A stretch of DNA of 64,000 nt from Candidatus Aminicenantes bacterium (lineage in GTDB: Bacteria > Acidobacteriota > Aminicenantia > Aminicenantales > UBA4085), in contig CAWANZ010000007.1 of assembly GCA_963783665.1 (NCBI GenBank), positions 156,793-220,792 of the forward strand. The letters are read 5' to 3'. The notes beneath the pieces are model-generated. The model was not told the origin of the DNA, did no database searches, and saw only the letters and a program-made list of their open reading frames with translations. Positions 7,048-16,963 of the stretch are shown here, one piece after another. Both the position numbers and the translations under genes were made by a program. Position 1 is the first letter of the stretch, and the number at the start of each line of letters is the position of its first letter.

Positions 7048-9630
7048 ATGAAAGGAGACCCGATGAGGGGTCAGCAAGGCCATAGGTTGAAAAAAGCGTT
7101 TTCCCCGCCCCGGCTCGCCCTCCTCTTGCTGGAGCACTTCAGCGGTTGGGGGGAAGATTACGGCGCCGCCGGGGACATCGAAGAATATTACCGCTACCTG
7201 GCGGAACAGAGGGGCATTCGGAAAGCCCGGCGGGCCTGTTGGCGGCAAGTGGCCGCTTCCTTCCCCGGATATTTAAAAAACATCGTCATTTGGAGCGACA
7301 CAATGTTCAAAAGCTATTTCCGGATCGCCTTCCGCAACCTATGGAAAGCCAAAGCCCATTCCTTCATCAAGATAACCGGGTTGGGCTTGGGGATGGCCTG
7401 CTGCCTGATCATCCTATTCTGGGTTCGCCAGGAATTGGGTTTCGACCGGTTTCACGAGCGGGCCGACCGGCTTTACCGGGTCATCTTCTCCGTCGAAAAA
7501 CTGAATTTTCAAGGTTCGACCCTCATGGCCCCTTTGGCCGCGCATCTTCATGCCACCTATCCCGAAATCGATGCGGCCACGATCTTCTCCTTAAGGTCCG
7601 GGACGAAGATTAGCTCTAGCTCGGAAAAGGGTACGACGGCCGACGGCGGCTACGTGGAACCGGCATTTTTTGAGATGTTCTCCTTTCCCTTTTTGAAGGG
7701 CGCGGCCCGGACGGCGTTATCCGACCCATCGTCCATCGTCATCACCGAGGAATTGGCAAAAAAATTGTTCGGAAACGACGAGCCCATCGGCCGAACGCTG
7801 AATGTGAATGACGGGAAGCGGGATTTTATCGTTTCGGGCGTTCTGGGCAAGATTCCCCGAAATTCGACGCTTCAATTCGATTATCTTCTTTCGTATGAAA
7901 TCGCCCCGGCCTGGATGAAATCATGGGATGTCAAAACCACGCCCATTTTCGTCCGGCTTCGCGACTCCGCCGATCCGGCGGACGTGGGCCGCAAAATCGC
8001 CGGTGTCCTGGACGCCCGTCATCCCGACTGGCATAACACGCTCAAACTCCAGCCGCTGACCGAAATTCATCTCCACGAATTGGGCGGAGGCGGCCGGATC
8101 CTGTACGTCTATGTGTTCTCGGCGCTGGCCCTGGTCGTTTTATTGATCGCGGTCATCAATTTCACGAATCTTTCGACGGCCCGGGCCGAGAAGCGGGCCA
8201 AAGAAATCGGGATCAAGAAAGTCCTCGGCTCGCGCCGCTCCCAGCTCATCGGACAATTCCTGATCGAATCGACGATCTTCGCCTTCCTCGCCCTTGTGCT
8301 GGCCGCCGTTTTTGTAAAAATCGCTCTTCCCCGGCTCAACGCCTTGTTGATGGCTCCCGTGGAGATGCGGTTGACGTGGCCGTTGGCCGTCGCCGTCCTC
8401 GGGATGACCCTCCTCACCGGCTTGCTCGCCGGCAGCTATCCCGCGTTCTTGCTCTCCTCGTTCGCCCCTGTAACCGTGTTCAAAGGTCGACGCGGCCGAT
8501 CGCGAGGCGCGTCTCTCCGCAAGATCCTCGTCGTCGGCCAGCTGGCGCTTTCCGCGGTCTTCATTGTTTCCGTCCTCGTTCTCAACAGCCAGATGCGCTA
8601 TATCCGGAACCGGGACCTGGGATTCAATAAGACGAACGTTGTGATGCTCGAATTGCAGGGTGCGCTCTCCGGACAAAGCGCGGTTCTCAAGGAGACGCTC
8701 TCCCAAAATCCGAACGTCGTGAGCGTGACCATAGGCACGCCCACCATGGGGAATTGGGAAAGCTCATCCAGTCCCGATTGGCCGGGGAAGCAGCCCGACG
8801 AGATTTTCGACATGGGGATCGGCTGGGTGGACGAAGACTATCAGCAGACCTTGGAATTGAAGATGGCCGAAGGACGGTTTTTTTCCAGGGATTTCCCCGG
8901 AGATCTCGACAAAGCCTGGGTGATCAATGAAGCCGCGGTTAAGGCGATGAGAATGACCCGTCCGCTGGGGCAGAAAATATCGATGCCTCTTGGCGAAAGA
9001 CTCGAGGGGACCATCATCGGCGTCGTTAAGGATTTCCACACGGAATCCCTGCAGACCCCCGTTCGGCCCTTTGCCCTGATCTATGCGCGCGACGCCGGGC
9101 AAATGTTCATTCGCATCCGCCCCGGGAATCCCGCCCCGATCCTCGAATCCATCGAAGCCCAAGTCCGTAAAATCGTTCCCAACGATCCCTTCGTCTTCCG
9201 GTTTCTGGATCAGTCCCTGGACCGGCTTTATCAAGCCGACCAGGTGACCGGGACGCTCGTCGTCTACACGGCCGGCTTGGCCCTCCTGATCTCCTGTCTG
9301 GGTTTATATGGCCTGGTTTCCTTCCTGGCCGAGCAGCGAACCAGAGAGATCGGCATTCGCAAAGCGATGGGCGCTTCAACGAGCCGTATCGTGAGGGATT
9401 TCCTGAATGATATTTTAGCGAGCGTTCTGATCGCCTGGGCGATTTCGATCCCGTTGTCTTATGAGATCGCCCGTCAGTGGCTCCGTCGCTACGCCCTGCG
9501 GATCTCCGTCGACCCCTGGGTTTTCCTAGCGGCGGGAGGAAGCGTCGCCGCCATCGCCGTGCTCGCCGTGATCTCTCAATCCGTCAAAGCCGCGCGGGCC
9601 AGGCCGTCGGAATCGCTGAAATACGAGTGA
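7048..9630 (+). CDS. MacB/FtsX-family ABC transporter permease with N-terminal permease-prefix extension
   Basis: 860 aa. The prefix region is LLLEHFSGWGEDYGAAGDIEEYYRYLAEQRG. Then come FRIAFRNLWKAKAHSFIKITGLGLGMACC, a large periplasmic domain and two FtsX-type 4-TM halves (..EIGIKKVLGS.. and ..EIGIRKAMGAS..). There is no ATPase domain and no adjacent ATPase gene. Confidence 0.85.
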   Translation: MKGDPMRGQQGHRLKKAFSPPRLALLLLEHFSGWGEDYGAAGDIEEYYRYLAEQRGIRKARRACWRQVAASFPGYLKNIVIWSDTMFKSYFRIAFRNLWKAKAHSFIKITGLGLGMACCLIILFWVRQELGFDRFHERADRLYRVIFSVEKLNFQGSTLMAPLAAHLHATYPEIDAATIFSLRSGTKISSSSEKGTTADGGYVEPAFFEMFSFPFLKGAARTALSDPSSIVITEELAKKLFGNDEPIGRTLNVNDGKRDFIVSGVLGKIPRNSTLQFDYLLSYEIAPAWMKSWDVKTTPIFVRLRDSADPADVGRKIAGVLDARHPDWHNTLKLQPLTEIHLHELGGGGRILYVYVFSALALVVLLIAVINFTNLSTARAEKRAKEIGIKKVLGSRRSQLIGQFLIESTIFAFLALVLAAVFVKIALPRLNALLMAPVEMRLTWPLAVAVLGMTLLTGLLAGSYPAFLLSSFAPVTVFKGRRGRSRGASLRKILVVGQLALSAVFIVSVLVLNSQMRYIRNRDLGFNKTNVVMLELQGALSGQSAVLKETLSQNPNVVSVTIGTPTMGNWESSSSPDWPGKQPDEIFDMGIGWVDEDYQQTLELKMAEGRFFSRDFPGDLDKAWVINEAAVKAMRMTRPLGQKISMPLGERLEGTIIGVVKDFHTESLQTPVRPFALIYARDAGQMFIRIRPGNPAPILESIEAQVRKIVPNDPFVFRFLDQSLDRLYQADQVTGTLVVYTAGLALLISCLGLYGLVSFLAEQRTREIGIRKAMGASTSRIVRDFLNDILASVLIAWAISIPLSYEIARQWLRRYALRISVDPWVFLAAGGSVAAIAVLAVISQSVKAARARPSESLKYE

Positions 9631-9807
9631 GGGATGCCGGCTCGGCCGGCTGCCCTCCTGATTTGCCGGTCGATCCGAGCATTCGGCGTCTTATTCCTTC
9701 CGTTCAGCGGTTCATCGGAAAATCGTGGGATCCGATGGGGGAATCCGGTTATCCTGGCCTTGAATCCCGGCGAGGATTCAAATTCAATTTTCATCGCGAG
9801 GTGTTTC

Positions 9808-10242
9808 ATGAAAAGAATCGCAGCCGCCGTCCTTGTCGTTTTCGCAGCGGTCTCGGCCTTTGCCGCCGTCCGGGCTCTCCCTGGAAATCCCGGCGAACAA
9901 GCCGGAACCGGCGAAAAAAGCTTGTTTCTCGTCTGGACGACCGGCGAAAAGGACGTCTTCACGAAGATGGTCGGACCGTACTTGACCGTGTCCGCCAAGG
10001 CCTGGACGCAACGGACGCTTTTAATCTGGGGGCCGTCGGAGAAGCTGACGTCCGAAGACGCGGAGGTGCAAGCCCTGGTCCAAAAGCTGAAAGAGACCGG
10101 CGTGATCCTCAAAGCCTGCAAATGGTGCGCCGAGCAGTACGGGGTGGACAAAAAGCTGGCCGCGCTTGGTTTCGAAGTGAATTACATGGGTACGCCGTTG
10201 ACCGAGGCTATTCAATCCGGACAGAAAGTCGTCACGTTCTGA
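9808..10242 (+). CDS. DsrE-family protein with predicted signal peptide
   Basis: ATG 9808 opens MKRIAAAVLVVFAAVSAFAAVRA. The body LFLVWTTGEKDVF..TLLIWGPSEKL..GVILKACKWCAEQYGV..KVVTF matches the DsrE/DsrF-like fold pattern as I recall it. Confidence 0.55.
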   Translation: MKRIAAAVLVVFAAVSAFAAVRALPGNPGEQAGTGEKSLFLVWTTGEKDVFTKMVGPYLTVSAKAWTQRTLLIWGPSEKLTSEDAEVQALVQKLKETGVILKACKWCAEQYGVDKKLAALGFEVNYMGTPLTEAIQSGQKVVTF

Positions 10243-10263
10243 GGCAGTCGAGAAATCGCCAAG

Positions 10264-10305
10264 CCCGGGCCGCCGGATCATCCTGCGGCCCGGGGAATTT
10301 CTTCC
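10264..10305 (+). terminator. hairpin with weak T tract after the DsrE-like gene
   Basis: CCCGGGCCGC (10264-10273) pairs perfectly with GCGGCCCGGG (10285-10294) across an 11-nt loop, followed by GAATTTCTT. The T tract is weak. Confidence 0.4.
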
Positions 10306-10351
10306 CGAGGGGTAACCGCTCTGCTATACTGGTTCGGGCGCCGGCATTCCG

Positions 10352-11455
10352 ATGAAACGATTCTCCGATCCTTCACCCTCCCGCCGTTTCCAGAACCTTT
10401 GGATTCCGGCCGTAGCCGCCTGGCAATTGCTGGGCATGGGTGTTGCCTTCCTCCTGTCATCCCCCAAGTCGAATTTCCACGGCTACGTCTTCACCCTCAT
10501 GTTTTCCCTCTCCGTCGTCAACGTCGTCGGCGTCGTCGGCAGCCTGGTATTCCTTCTCTATGAGCGCGGCGTCCGCCGCCGGATCGGCCGCCGGCCCGTC
10601 ATCGTCGCCGGGTTCATCCTGGCCGCCGCCGTCAGCGTCGCCGCCGGCTTGGAAGCCGTCCCTCCGATCATCCGGCGTATCTGCAATCCCCAGGTGGCCC
10701 ATGACGTCGACAAGGGCCACATCTATGCGATCGTCATCAACCTCCTGGCCGGAGCGCTGATCGTTTCGGCATATACCGTCATTCATCTGCACCGCAAGCT
10801 CAATGCCGACTGGAAAGCGAAAGTCGCCGAAATCGAGCACTTGAAAACCCTTCAGGTGGAGGCCAAGATGGCCCTCCTCCAATCCAAGATCAATCCCCAT
10901 TTTCTGTTCAACACGCTCAATACGGTCCTGGACCTGGCCGAGCGGTCGCCCCGGAAAGTCGAGGCCGTGGTTCTCAATCTCTCCGACATCTACCGTAAAA
11001 TCCTCGGCCTTCCGGAGAGCGCGCCCATCTCCCTGGCCGAGGAATTGGATCTCGTGGAGCGGTACCTCCAAATCGAAAAAGTCCGCCTGGAAGCCCGCCT
11101 CGAATACGAGATCAAGGCCGAGCCGGATATCCTTTCGGTCCGGATTCCGCCGCTCGTCGTTCAAACCCTTGTCGAAAACGCGGTTGTCCACGGCCTCGGA
11201 CCGCGTAAAGACGGCGGGCGGATTACGATCACGGCTTTCGCCGCGGCCGAGGGAATCCGGATCACGGTGGCCGATAACGGCGTCGGACTGACCAAGCAAT
11301 CCCGCGTCTCCGGCTTCGGGCTTCCCTCCGTCGAGGAACGACTTCGTCTTTTTGCCGGGCCGGCGGCGGAATTTTCCATCCGCAGCTCCGAGGCCGGAAC
11401 GACCGTTACGATAGGAATTCCCCATGCCCATCCGATCGGTGATCGTCGAGGATGA
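10352..11455 (+). CDS. LytS/YehU-type sensor histidine kinase
   Basis: Multi-TM N-terminus, then LQSKINPHFLFNTLNTV (His_kinase motif) and the ATPase domain LVENAVVHGL..DNGVGL..GFGL. Confidence 0.85.
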   Translation: MKRFSDPSPSRRFQNLWIPAVAAWQLLGMGVAFLLSSPKSNFHGYVFTLMFSLSVVNVVGVVGSLVFLLYERGVRRRIGRRPVIVAGFILAAAVSVAAGLEAVPPIIRRICNPQVAHDVDKGHIYAIVINLLAGALIVSAYTVIHLHRKLNADWKAKVAEIEHLKTLQVEAKMALLQSKINPHFLFNTLNTVLDLAERSPRKVEAVVLNLSDIYRKILGLPESAPISLAEELDLVERYLQIEKVRLEARLEYEIKAEPDILSVRIPPLVVQTLVENAVVHGLGPRKDGGRITITAFAAAEGIRITVADNGVGLTKQSRVSGFGLPSVEERLRLFAGPAAEFSIRSSEAGTTVTIGIPHAHPIGDRRG

Positions 11456-12167
11456 AGCTCCCTCCCTGGAGCGGTTGAAGACGCTCCTCCGGGACTTTCC
11501 GCAGGTCGAGATTGTTGGCGAGGCCCGGGACGGGGAATCTGCGGTTCGGCTGATCGACGATGTCCGCCCAGACCTCGTTTTTCTGGACATCCAGCTTCCG
11601 GTTCAGAACGGATTCGCCGTTCTGGAGAACGTCCGCCATCGGCCGCGGGTCATTTTCGTGACGTCGTATGACCGGTACGCGATCCAGGCCTTCGACGAGA
11701 ATGCGGTCGATTACTTGCTCAAGCCCACATCCAAGGAACGGCTGGCCCGTAGCTTGGCCCGCGTCGCCGCCCCGGCCGGGGAATTCGATGCCGTCCTCCT
11801 CGATAAGCTGAAAAAATTCATATTCCCGGAGTACTTGTCCCGCTTCGCCGTTAAGTCCGGCGAGGATATCCTGGTCCTGCCGGCGGCCAAAATCTTTTAC
11901 TTTCGGGCCGAACTCAAGTATGTCTTGGCCGGCACCTACGACAAGGAATTCGAGTACGACGGAACGCTTAAGGAGATGGAGGAGCTTCTTCATCCGGCCG
12001 AATTCATTCGGGTCGGCAAAAGCCATATCGTGGCCCTGGACAAGATCGCCAAAATATCCAAATGGTTCTGGGGCGATTACATCCTCAAGCTGACCGACAA
12101 GAATGCGACCTCCATCAAGGTCGGGCGGGTCTATCTCCCGGCGCTTCGGAAAGCCATCCGTTTTTAA
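11424..12167 (+). CDS. LytTR-family response regulator
   Basis: The receiver domain has SVIVEDEAPS..PDLVFLDIQLP. The C-terminal LytTR domain has ..FIRVGKSHIVALDKI. It overlaps the kinase gene by 32 nt. Confidence 0.9.
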   Translation: MPIRSVIVEDEAPSLERLKTLLRDFPQVEIVGEARDGESAVRLIDDVRPDLVFLDIQLPVQNGFAVLENVRHRPRVIFVTSYDRYAIQAFDENAVDYLLKPTSKERLARSLARVAAPAGEFDAVLLDKLKKFIFPEYLSRFAVKSGEDILVLPAAKIFYFRAELKYVLAGTYDKEFEYDGTLKEMEELLHPAEFIRVGKSHIVALDKIAKISKWFWGDYILKLTDKNATSIKVGRVYLPALRKAIRF

Positions 12168-12282
12168 GCTCCCCGGACCGGCCGATCCGGCGACCTATCG
12201 AGACCAACCCCCCGCCTTTAAACATTCATTGCGGCGACCGGCGTATAATGAAGGGATAATCAATTTGCAGGAGGGGAGGATC

Positions 12283-13257
12283 ATGAAATCCATGCATCTT
12301 GCCGTCATTCTTTTTTGCTTCGCTTTGATTCCCGCATTTGCGGCCACGCTCGTATCGGGGCAGGATGCTCCGCTTAAGCTTAAGGCCGATCTGACCATCG
12401 GGATCGAGGACGGGGACGAGAATTTAATCTTCGCGAGCGTCTCGCGGATCGATTTGGACACGGACGGCCGCATCTATCTGCTTGACTCAAAGGACAAGAT
12501 GGTCCGGATTTTCGAATCGAGCGGCAAATTCTTATCGGCCTTTTCCATCCCGGCCGGCCAGGGTCCGGCCGAGCTGACCCAAATCAACGCCATGGCCGTA
12601 AGCCCCAACGGACTCATTTTCCTGAACGAAATGAGGAAGGTCGTGGTCTTCGACCGCCACGGCAAGTTCATCCGGTATTTTCCCTTGGATTTCAACGCAA
12701 CCACGATCGGCAACGCCGGCGACGAGAACGTCATCGTCCTGGGTCTCCGCGAAGAAAAAATCCTCCATGTCTACAGCCCCGACGGAAATCTGATCCAATC
12801 GTTCGGCGAGCCCTTCGAGGTGCCGGCCGCGCTCTCCGATTACAAAGACATGCCCTTTCTCAAAGCTCCTATTCTCTTCAGTGCATCAAAGTCGGGCCGC
12901 GTTTACATCCTCAATCCGCATCGGTATGAAATCTCCATTTTCGAGAAAGGCCGGCTGGTCGGCGTTTTAAAAGGGAAAAGCGACATCTTTGAAAAGGCCG
13001 ATACGCCGACGCAGACTAGAGGTCGGGCGTTTCTCTTCCCCGCCGCCTATATTCAGAGCGCCGGGGAACGAACGTATGTGACGATCCGGAAACCGATGGC
13101 GAAAACCGGTCACGAAATGGATGTCTTCGAAGGCGGCCGGCAGATCGGCCGCCTGATTGTTTCCGGTATTCCCTGGGCTGTCGACAAAGAAGGCCGGCTC
13201 TATTTCGAGGAGGAAGAGGACTATCCCCGCATCGTCCGGTATATCGTCGAGAAATAA
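12283..13257 (+). CDS. secreted 6-bladed beta-propeller (NHL-like) protein
   Basis: ATG 12283 opens signal peptide MKSMHLAVILFCFALIPAFA. Repeated D-x-x-G-R-I/V-Y-hydrophobic blade motifs follow (DTDGRIYLLDS, SKSGRVYILNP, DKEGRLYFEE). Confidence 0.65.
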   Translation: MKSMHLAVILFCFALIPAFAATLVSGQDAPLKLKADLTIGIEDGDENLIFASVSRIDLDTDGRIYLLDSKDKMVRIFESSGKFLSAFSIPAGQGPAELTQINAMAVSPNGLIFLNEMRKVVVFDRHGKFIRYFPLDFNATTIGNAGDENVIVLGLREEKILHVYSPDGNLIQSFGEPFEVPAALSDYKDMPFLKAPILFSASKSGRVYILNPHRYEISIFEKGRLVGVLKGKSDIFEKADTPTQTRGRAFLFPAAYIQSAGERTYVTIRKPMAKTGHEMDVFEGGRQIGRLIVSGIPWAVDKEGRLYFEEEEDYPRIVRYIVEK

Positions 13258-13344
13258 TACGGGGGCCTTCCCGACGAATGGATCGGTAGAGAAAAAGAGG
13301 AAGTGTTATACTAGTCGCTCGAAACGGCCGAATCGGAGCGACAA

Positions 13345-14851
13345 ATGGACAAGAAAGTCTTGGTGATCGGCGCCGGCATCGCCGGACTCTCCGCTGCCAG
13401 CTATCTTCAGCGCAACGGATTCGACACGGAAATTTACGAGCTTCACGACAAGCCGGGCGGGCTCTGCACCGCCTGGACGCGCAAGGGCTTCACCTTCGAC
13501 GGCTGCATCCATTGGCTCATGGGCTCGGGCCGTACGAGCAACCTCCATCTCATATGGGAAGAGCTGGGCGCCGGCGATCTCAAATACATCGAATGGGACG
13601 AACACGTCATGGCCCGTCTGCCCGACGGCGACACCTTCACCCTCTACACCGATCCCGATCGCCTCAAGGCCGAGATCCTCCGGCTTGGTCCGGAGGACGG
13701 CAAATTCGCCAAGCTCTTTTCCTCCAAGATCAAGGCGGTCGCCAAGGCCGACATGCCCGCGGCCTTCGATCGTCTCTCTCTCCGCGAGATGCTCTCCCTG
13801 GCCGTGGCGATGCCCGCCGTCGCTCTCGATCTTCTCCAAATGGATGAAGGTTCCGCTTCAGCGCCTCGTCGATAACCTCAAAAGCGAGCGGTTGCGCTCC
13901 GCCTTCCGGGTGCTCTTCGGCGAGGCGATGAAATTCTTTCCAACGGGCGCGCTTTTCATGATGATCGGCTTCATGGCCAAGAAATCGTCGGGCTACCCGA
14001 TCGGGGGCTCCCTCGCTTTCGCCCGCGCCCTCGAGGCCAAGTACCTTGCGCTCGGCGGGCGCATCCGTTACGGCTCGAAAGTCGACCGCATCATCGTCGA
14101 GGCCGCGCAGGGCAAGGCGAGGGCGGTAGGACTCGCCGGGACCTGGGGTGAATCGCGGGGAGATTACATCGTGTCCGCGGCGGACGGCCGCGACACGCTC
14201 GACCGCCTGCTCGCGGGGGCCTACAAAGGCTGTGCCCTGGACCGAGCTTTCGAGTCGCAGAAGCGTTATCCCTCGCTGCTCTTCCTGGGGCTTGGCCTCG
14301 GGCACGACTGCTCCGGGATGCCCCATGCCCAGACATTCGATCTGGATGAGCCCCTCATTCTTGAAGGAGGGGCCCTGACCGTGAAGGGGCTGACCCTCAG
14401 ACTCTTCAATTTCGATCCGACCTTCGCTCCCGCGGGCAAGACGTCGGCCTCGATCATGATCGAGACGCACAATGACGAGTATTGGACCCGCCTTGCTGAG
14501 AGCGACCCGGCGGCCTACGCGGCTGAGAAGAAGGCCGTCGTCAACTCCGTCATCGCCGCTGTCGACCGCAAAATACCGGGCTTTGCCTCCTGGGTGGAGG
14601 TCACCGACCTGGCGACGCCGAAGACCTTCATCCGCTACACGAACAACTGGCATGGGAGCTACGAGGGCTGGCTGCCTACTTCCGTATCCTTCGGCAAGAA
14701 GTTCCCGAGGACCATCGAAGGCCTCGAGGGCTTCGAGATGGTGGGGCAGTGGGTCAACCCGGGCGGCGGACTCCCGCCCTGCGGCATCGATGGCCGGAGG
14801 CTCGCCAAGAGGCTGTGCAAGAAGGAAGGCCGCAGGTTCAGGCCGGAGTGA
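13345..14851 (+). CDS. FAD-dependent oxidoreductase, phytoene-desaturase (CrtI) family; one frame break near 13836
   Basis: The N-terminus KKVLVIGAGIAGLSAASYL..LHDKPGG is a GxGxxG Rossmann motif. Track ORFs 13345..13875 and 13685..14851 are the two halves. Deleting one C at 13836-13837 joins them as ..VALDLLKWMKVPLQRLV... Confidence 0.75.
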
Positions 14852-14947
14852 GGGGCGGCCGAGCCGGCCGGCGTCGCCCCACGGGCCAAGTGCGATACAA
14901 ATGAAATCGAGACCGCGGATCACGGGAATCATGAAAGCGATCGGCTG

Positions 14948-16846
14948 ATGGCCCTGCTCAGCGTAAAGGACGCGTGTATCAGCTACGGCGGCGCCCTTCT
15001 GCTGGATCATATCAACCTGAATATCGAACGCAACGAACGGGTGTGTCTGCTGGGCCGCAACGGCAGCGGCAAGACCACGCTGATGAAGCTGATCAACGGC
15101 GAGATCACCCCGGATAGCGGCGCGGTCTCCCGCAGCCAAGGCATCGCGACGGCTCGCCTGGACCAGGAGATCCCCGTCGGCATCACGGGTCCGGTGTTTG
15201 ATATCGTGACTTCCGGTTTGGCGGCCCAAGGCCGTCTTTTAGCCGATTACCATCACGCCGGCGCCTTGCTGGCCGAGCAACACGGGGACAACCCTCAGCT
15301 CATGGCGCGCTTGGCCCGGCTGGGACAGCAGTTGGACGCCGAAAATGGCTGGGGAATCCACCGTCAGGTCGACCTGATCATCGACCGGATGCAGCTGCCG
15401 GCCGAAGCCGATTTCGCCACCCTCTCCACCGGATTGAAGCGGCGCACCTTGCTGGCCCGGTCGCTGGTGGCAAGGCCCGACATCCTGATGCTTGATGAGC
15501 CCACGAATCATCTGGATATCGACGCGATCATCTGGCTGGAAGACTTCCTCGCCGCTTATAGCGGGACGATCGTGATCGTCACCCACGACCGACGTTTGGT
15601 ACAAAAGCTGGCCAGCCGGATCATTGAAATCGACCGAGGCCGACTTCTGGATTGGCCCTGCGACTATGCCACGTTCCTGACCCGCAAAGAGGAAAGCCTG
15701 GCGATGGAAGAGAAACAAAACCAGCTCTTCGACAAGAAGCTGTCGATCGAAGAAGCCTGGCTTCGCCAGGGCGTCAAGGCCCGCCGCACCCGCGATCAGG
15801 GCCGCGTCAATTCCCTGCTGAAAATGCGCGCCCGGCAACGGCAGCGGCGAGAACAGCCCGGCGGCGTAAAAATGATCCTGCAATCGGGGAAGCGTTCGGG
15901 CGACTTGGTCATCGCGGCGGAGAATGTCGGCTATCAATTCCCCGGGAAACCATTGATCCGCGATTTTTCCACCGCGATCATGCGCCGGGATCGGGTGGGC
16001 ATCATCGGCCCCAACGGTTGCGGCAAGACGACGCTGCTGCGCCTGCTCCTGGGCGAATTGGCTCCCATGCAGGGAACCATCCGCCTGGGAACCAACCTGG
16101 ATGTCGTCTATTTCGACCAGACGCGCGATCAGCTCGACGCGGAGAGAACGGTCTTTGATAATGTCGCCGACGGCAACGATACGGTCACGATCAACGGTAC
16201 GCCCCAGCATGTGATCGGATACCTGCGGAAATTTCTCTTTACGCCCGAACAGGCGCGGGCGAAAGTGAAGTCCCTTTCCGGCGGAGAGCGCTGCCGTCTG
16301 CTGCTGGCCCGTCTGTTCACCCGGACCGCCAACGTCCTCGTCCTGGACGAGCCCACCAACGACCTCGACGTGGAGACGCTCGAACTGTTGGAGGAGCTGC
16401 TATTCGAATTCAAGGGAACGCTGCTGTTGGTCAGTCATGACCGGGCGTTTTTAAACAACGTCGTGACCAGCACCCTCGTATTCAGCGGTCAGGGAAAAGT
16501 CGAGGAATACGTGGGCGGGTACGATGATTGGCTTCGTCAGAGAGAAATTCCTCTGATCCTGACCGAGAAGAAACCCTCTCCCAAACCGCCGCCCAGAATC
16601 CGGCCGACGACGGCCAAGATGAGCTTCAAGGAAGAGAGGGAACTGGAAGCTCTGCCGCTGCGGCTGGAACAACTCGAAGCCGAGAAGAATCGGCTTTTTC
16701 AAGCCTTGGCCGATCCCGGCTTTTACCGCAATACCGGCGGCGAAGTCGCCGCTGCCAAGGCGCGCTTGACGGAGCTTGAAGAAGAGCTGGGGGCCGCCTA
16801 TCAGCGCTGGGTGTATCTGGAGGAGAGGAAAACGACCGCATCGTGA
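14948..16846 (+). CDS. uup: ABC-F family ATPase Uup
   Basis: 632 aa with two ABC ATPase cassettes (GRNGSGKTT and GPNGCGKTT Walker A; LSTGLKRR and LSGGERCR signatures). A C-terminal coiled coil is present. It is colinear with E. coli Uup as I recall it. Confidence 0.85.
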   Translation: MALLSVKDACISYGGALLLDHINLNIERNERVCLLGRNGSGKTTLMKLINGEITPDSGAVSRSQGIATARLDQEIPVGITGPVFDIVTSGLAAQGRLLADYHHAGALLAEQHGDNPQLMARLARLGQQLDAENGWGIHRQVDLIIDRMQLPAEADFATLSTGLKRRTLLARSLVARPDILMLDEPTNHLDIDAIIWLEDFLAAYSGTIVIVTHDRRLVQKLASRIIEIDRGRLLDWPCDYATFLTRKEESLAMEEKQNQLFDKKLSIEEAWLRQGVKARRTRDQGRVNSLLKMRARQRQRREQPGGVKMILQSGKRSGDLVIAAENVGYQFPGKPLIRDFSTAIMRRDRVGIIGPNGCGKTTLLRLLLGELAPMQGTIRLGTNLDVVYFDQTRDQLDAERTVFDNVADGNDTVTINGTPQHVIGYLRKFLFTPEQARAKVKSLSGGERCRLLLARLFTRTANVLVLDEPTNDLDVETLELLEELLFEFKGTLLLVSHDRAFLNNVVTSTLVFSGQGKVEEYVGGYDDWLRQREIPLILTEKKPSPKPPPRIRPTTAKMSFKEERELEALPLRLEQLEAEKNRLFQALADPGFYRNTGGEVAAAKARLTELEEELGAAYQRWVYLEERKTTAS

Positions 16847-16963
16847 AACCGGGATTCAAGGTCCTTCAATCTTTAATCGGGCGATATTCGTTTTTAACGG
16901 GCCGAGAAGGCGAAGGCCTGGCGCGAATTGACATTTTCCCCAGGGGAAATTATCCTCGTCCGA

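Noticed and set aside
9477-10355. A 292-aa Arg-rich plus-strand ORF bridging the permease end and the DsrE-like gene.
   Set aside because: It overlaps two better-supported genes out of frame, and its composition is typical of a wrong-frame reading of GC-rich DNA.
13730-15229. A 499-aa minus-strand ORF, one of the longest in the track.
   Set aside because: It is antisense to the well-supported oxidoreductase and Uup genes. Its composition is Arg/Gly/Pro/Asp-rich and it has no motif. This is a typical shadow ORF of a high-GC sequence.
16928-16956. TTGACA-N17-TATCCT directly upstream of the giant repeat protein.
   Set aside because: The -10-like element ends only 7 nt before the preferred GTG start. 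That would imply a leaderless GTG mRNA, which is unlikely. The match may be fortuitous, or the start codon choice may be wrong.
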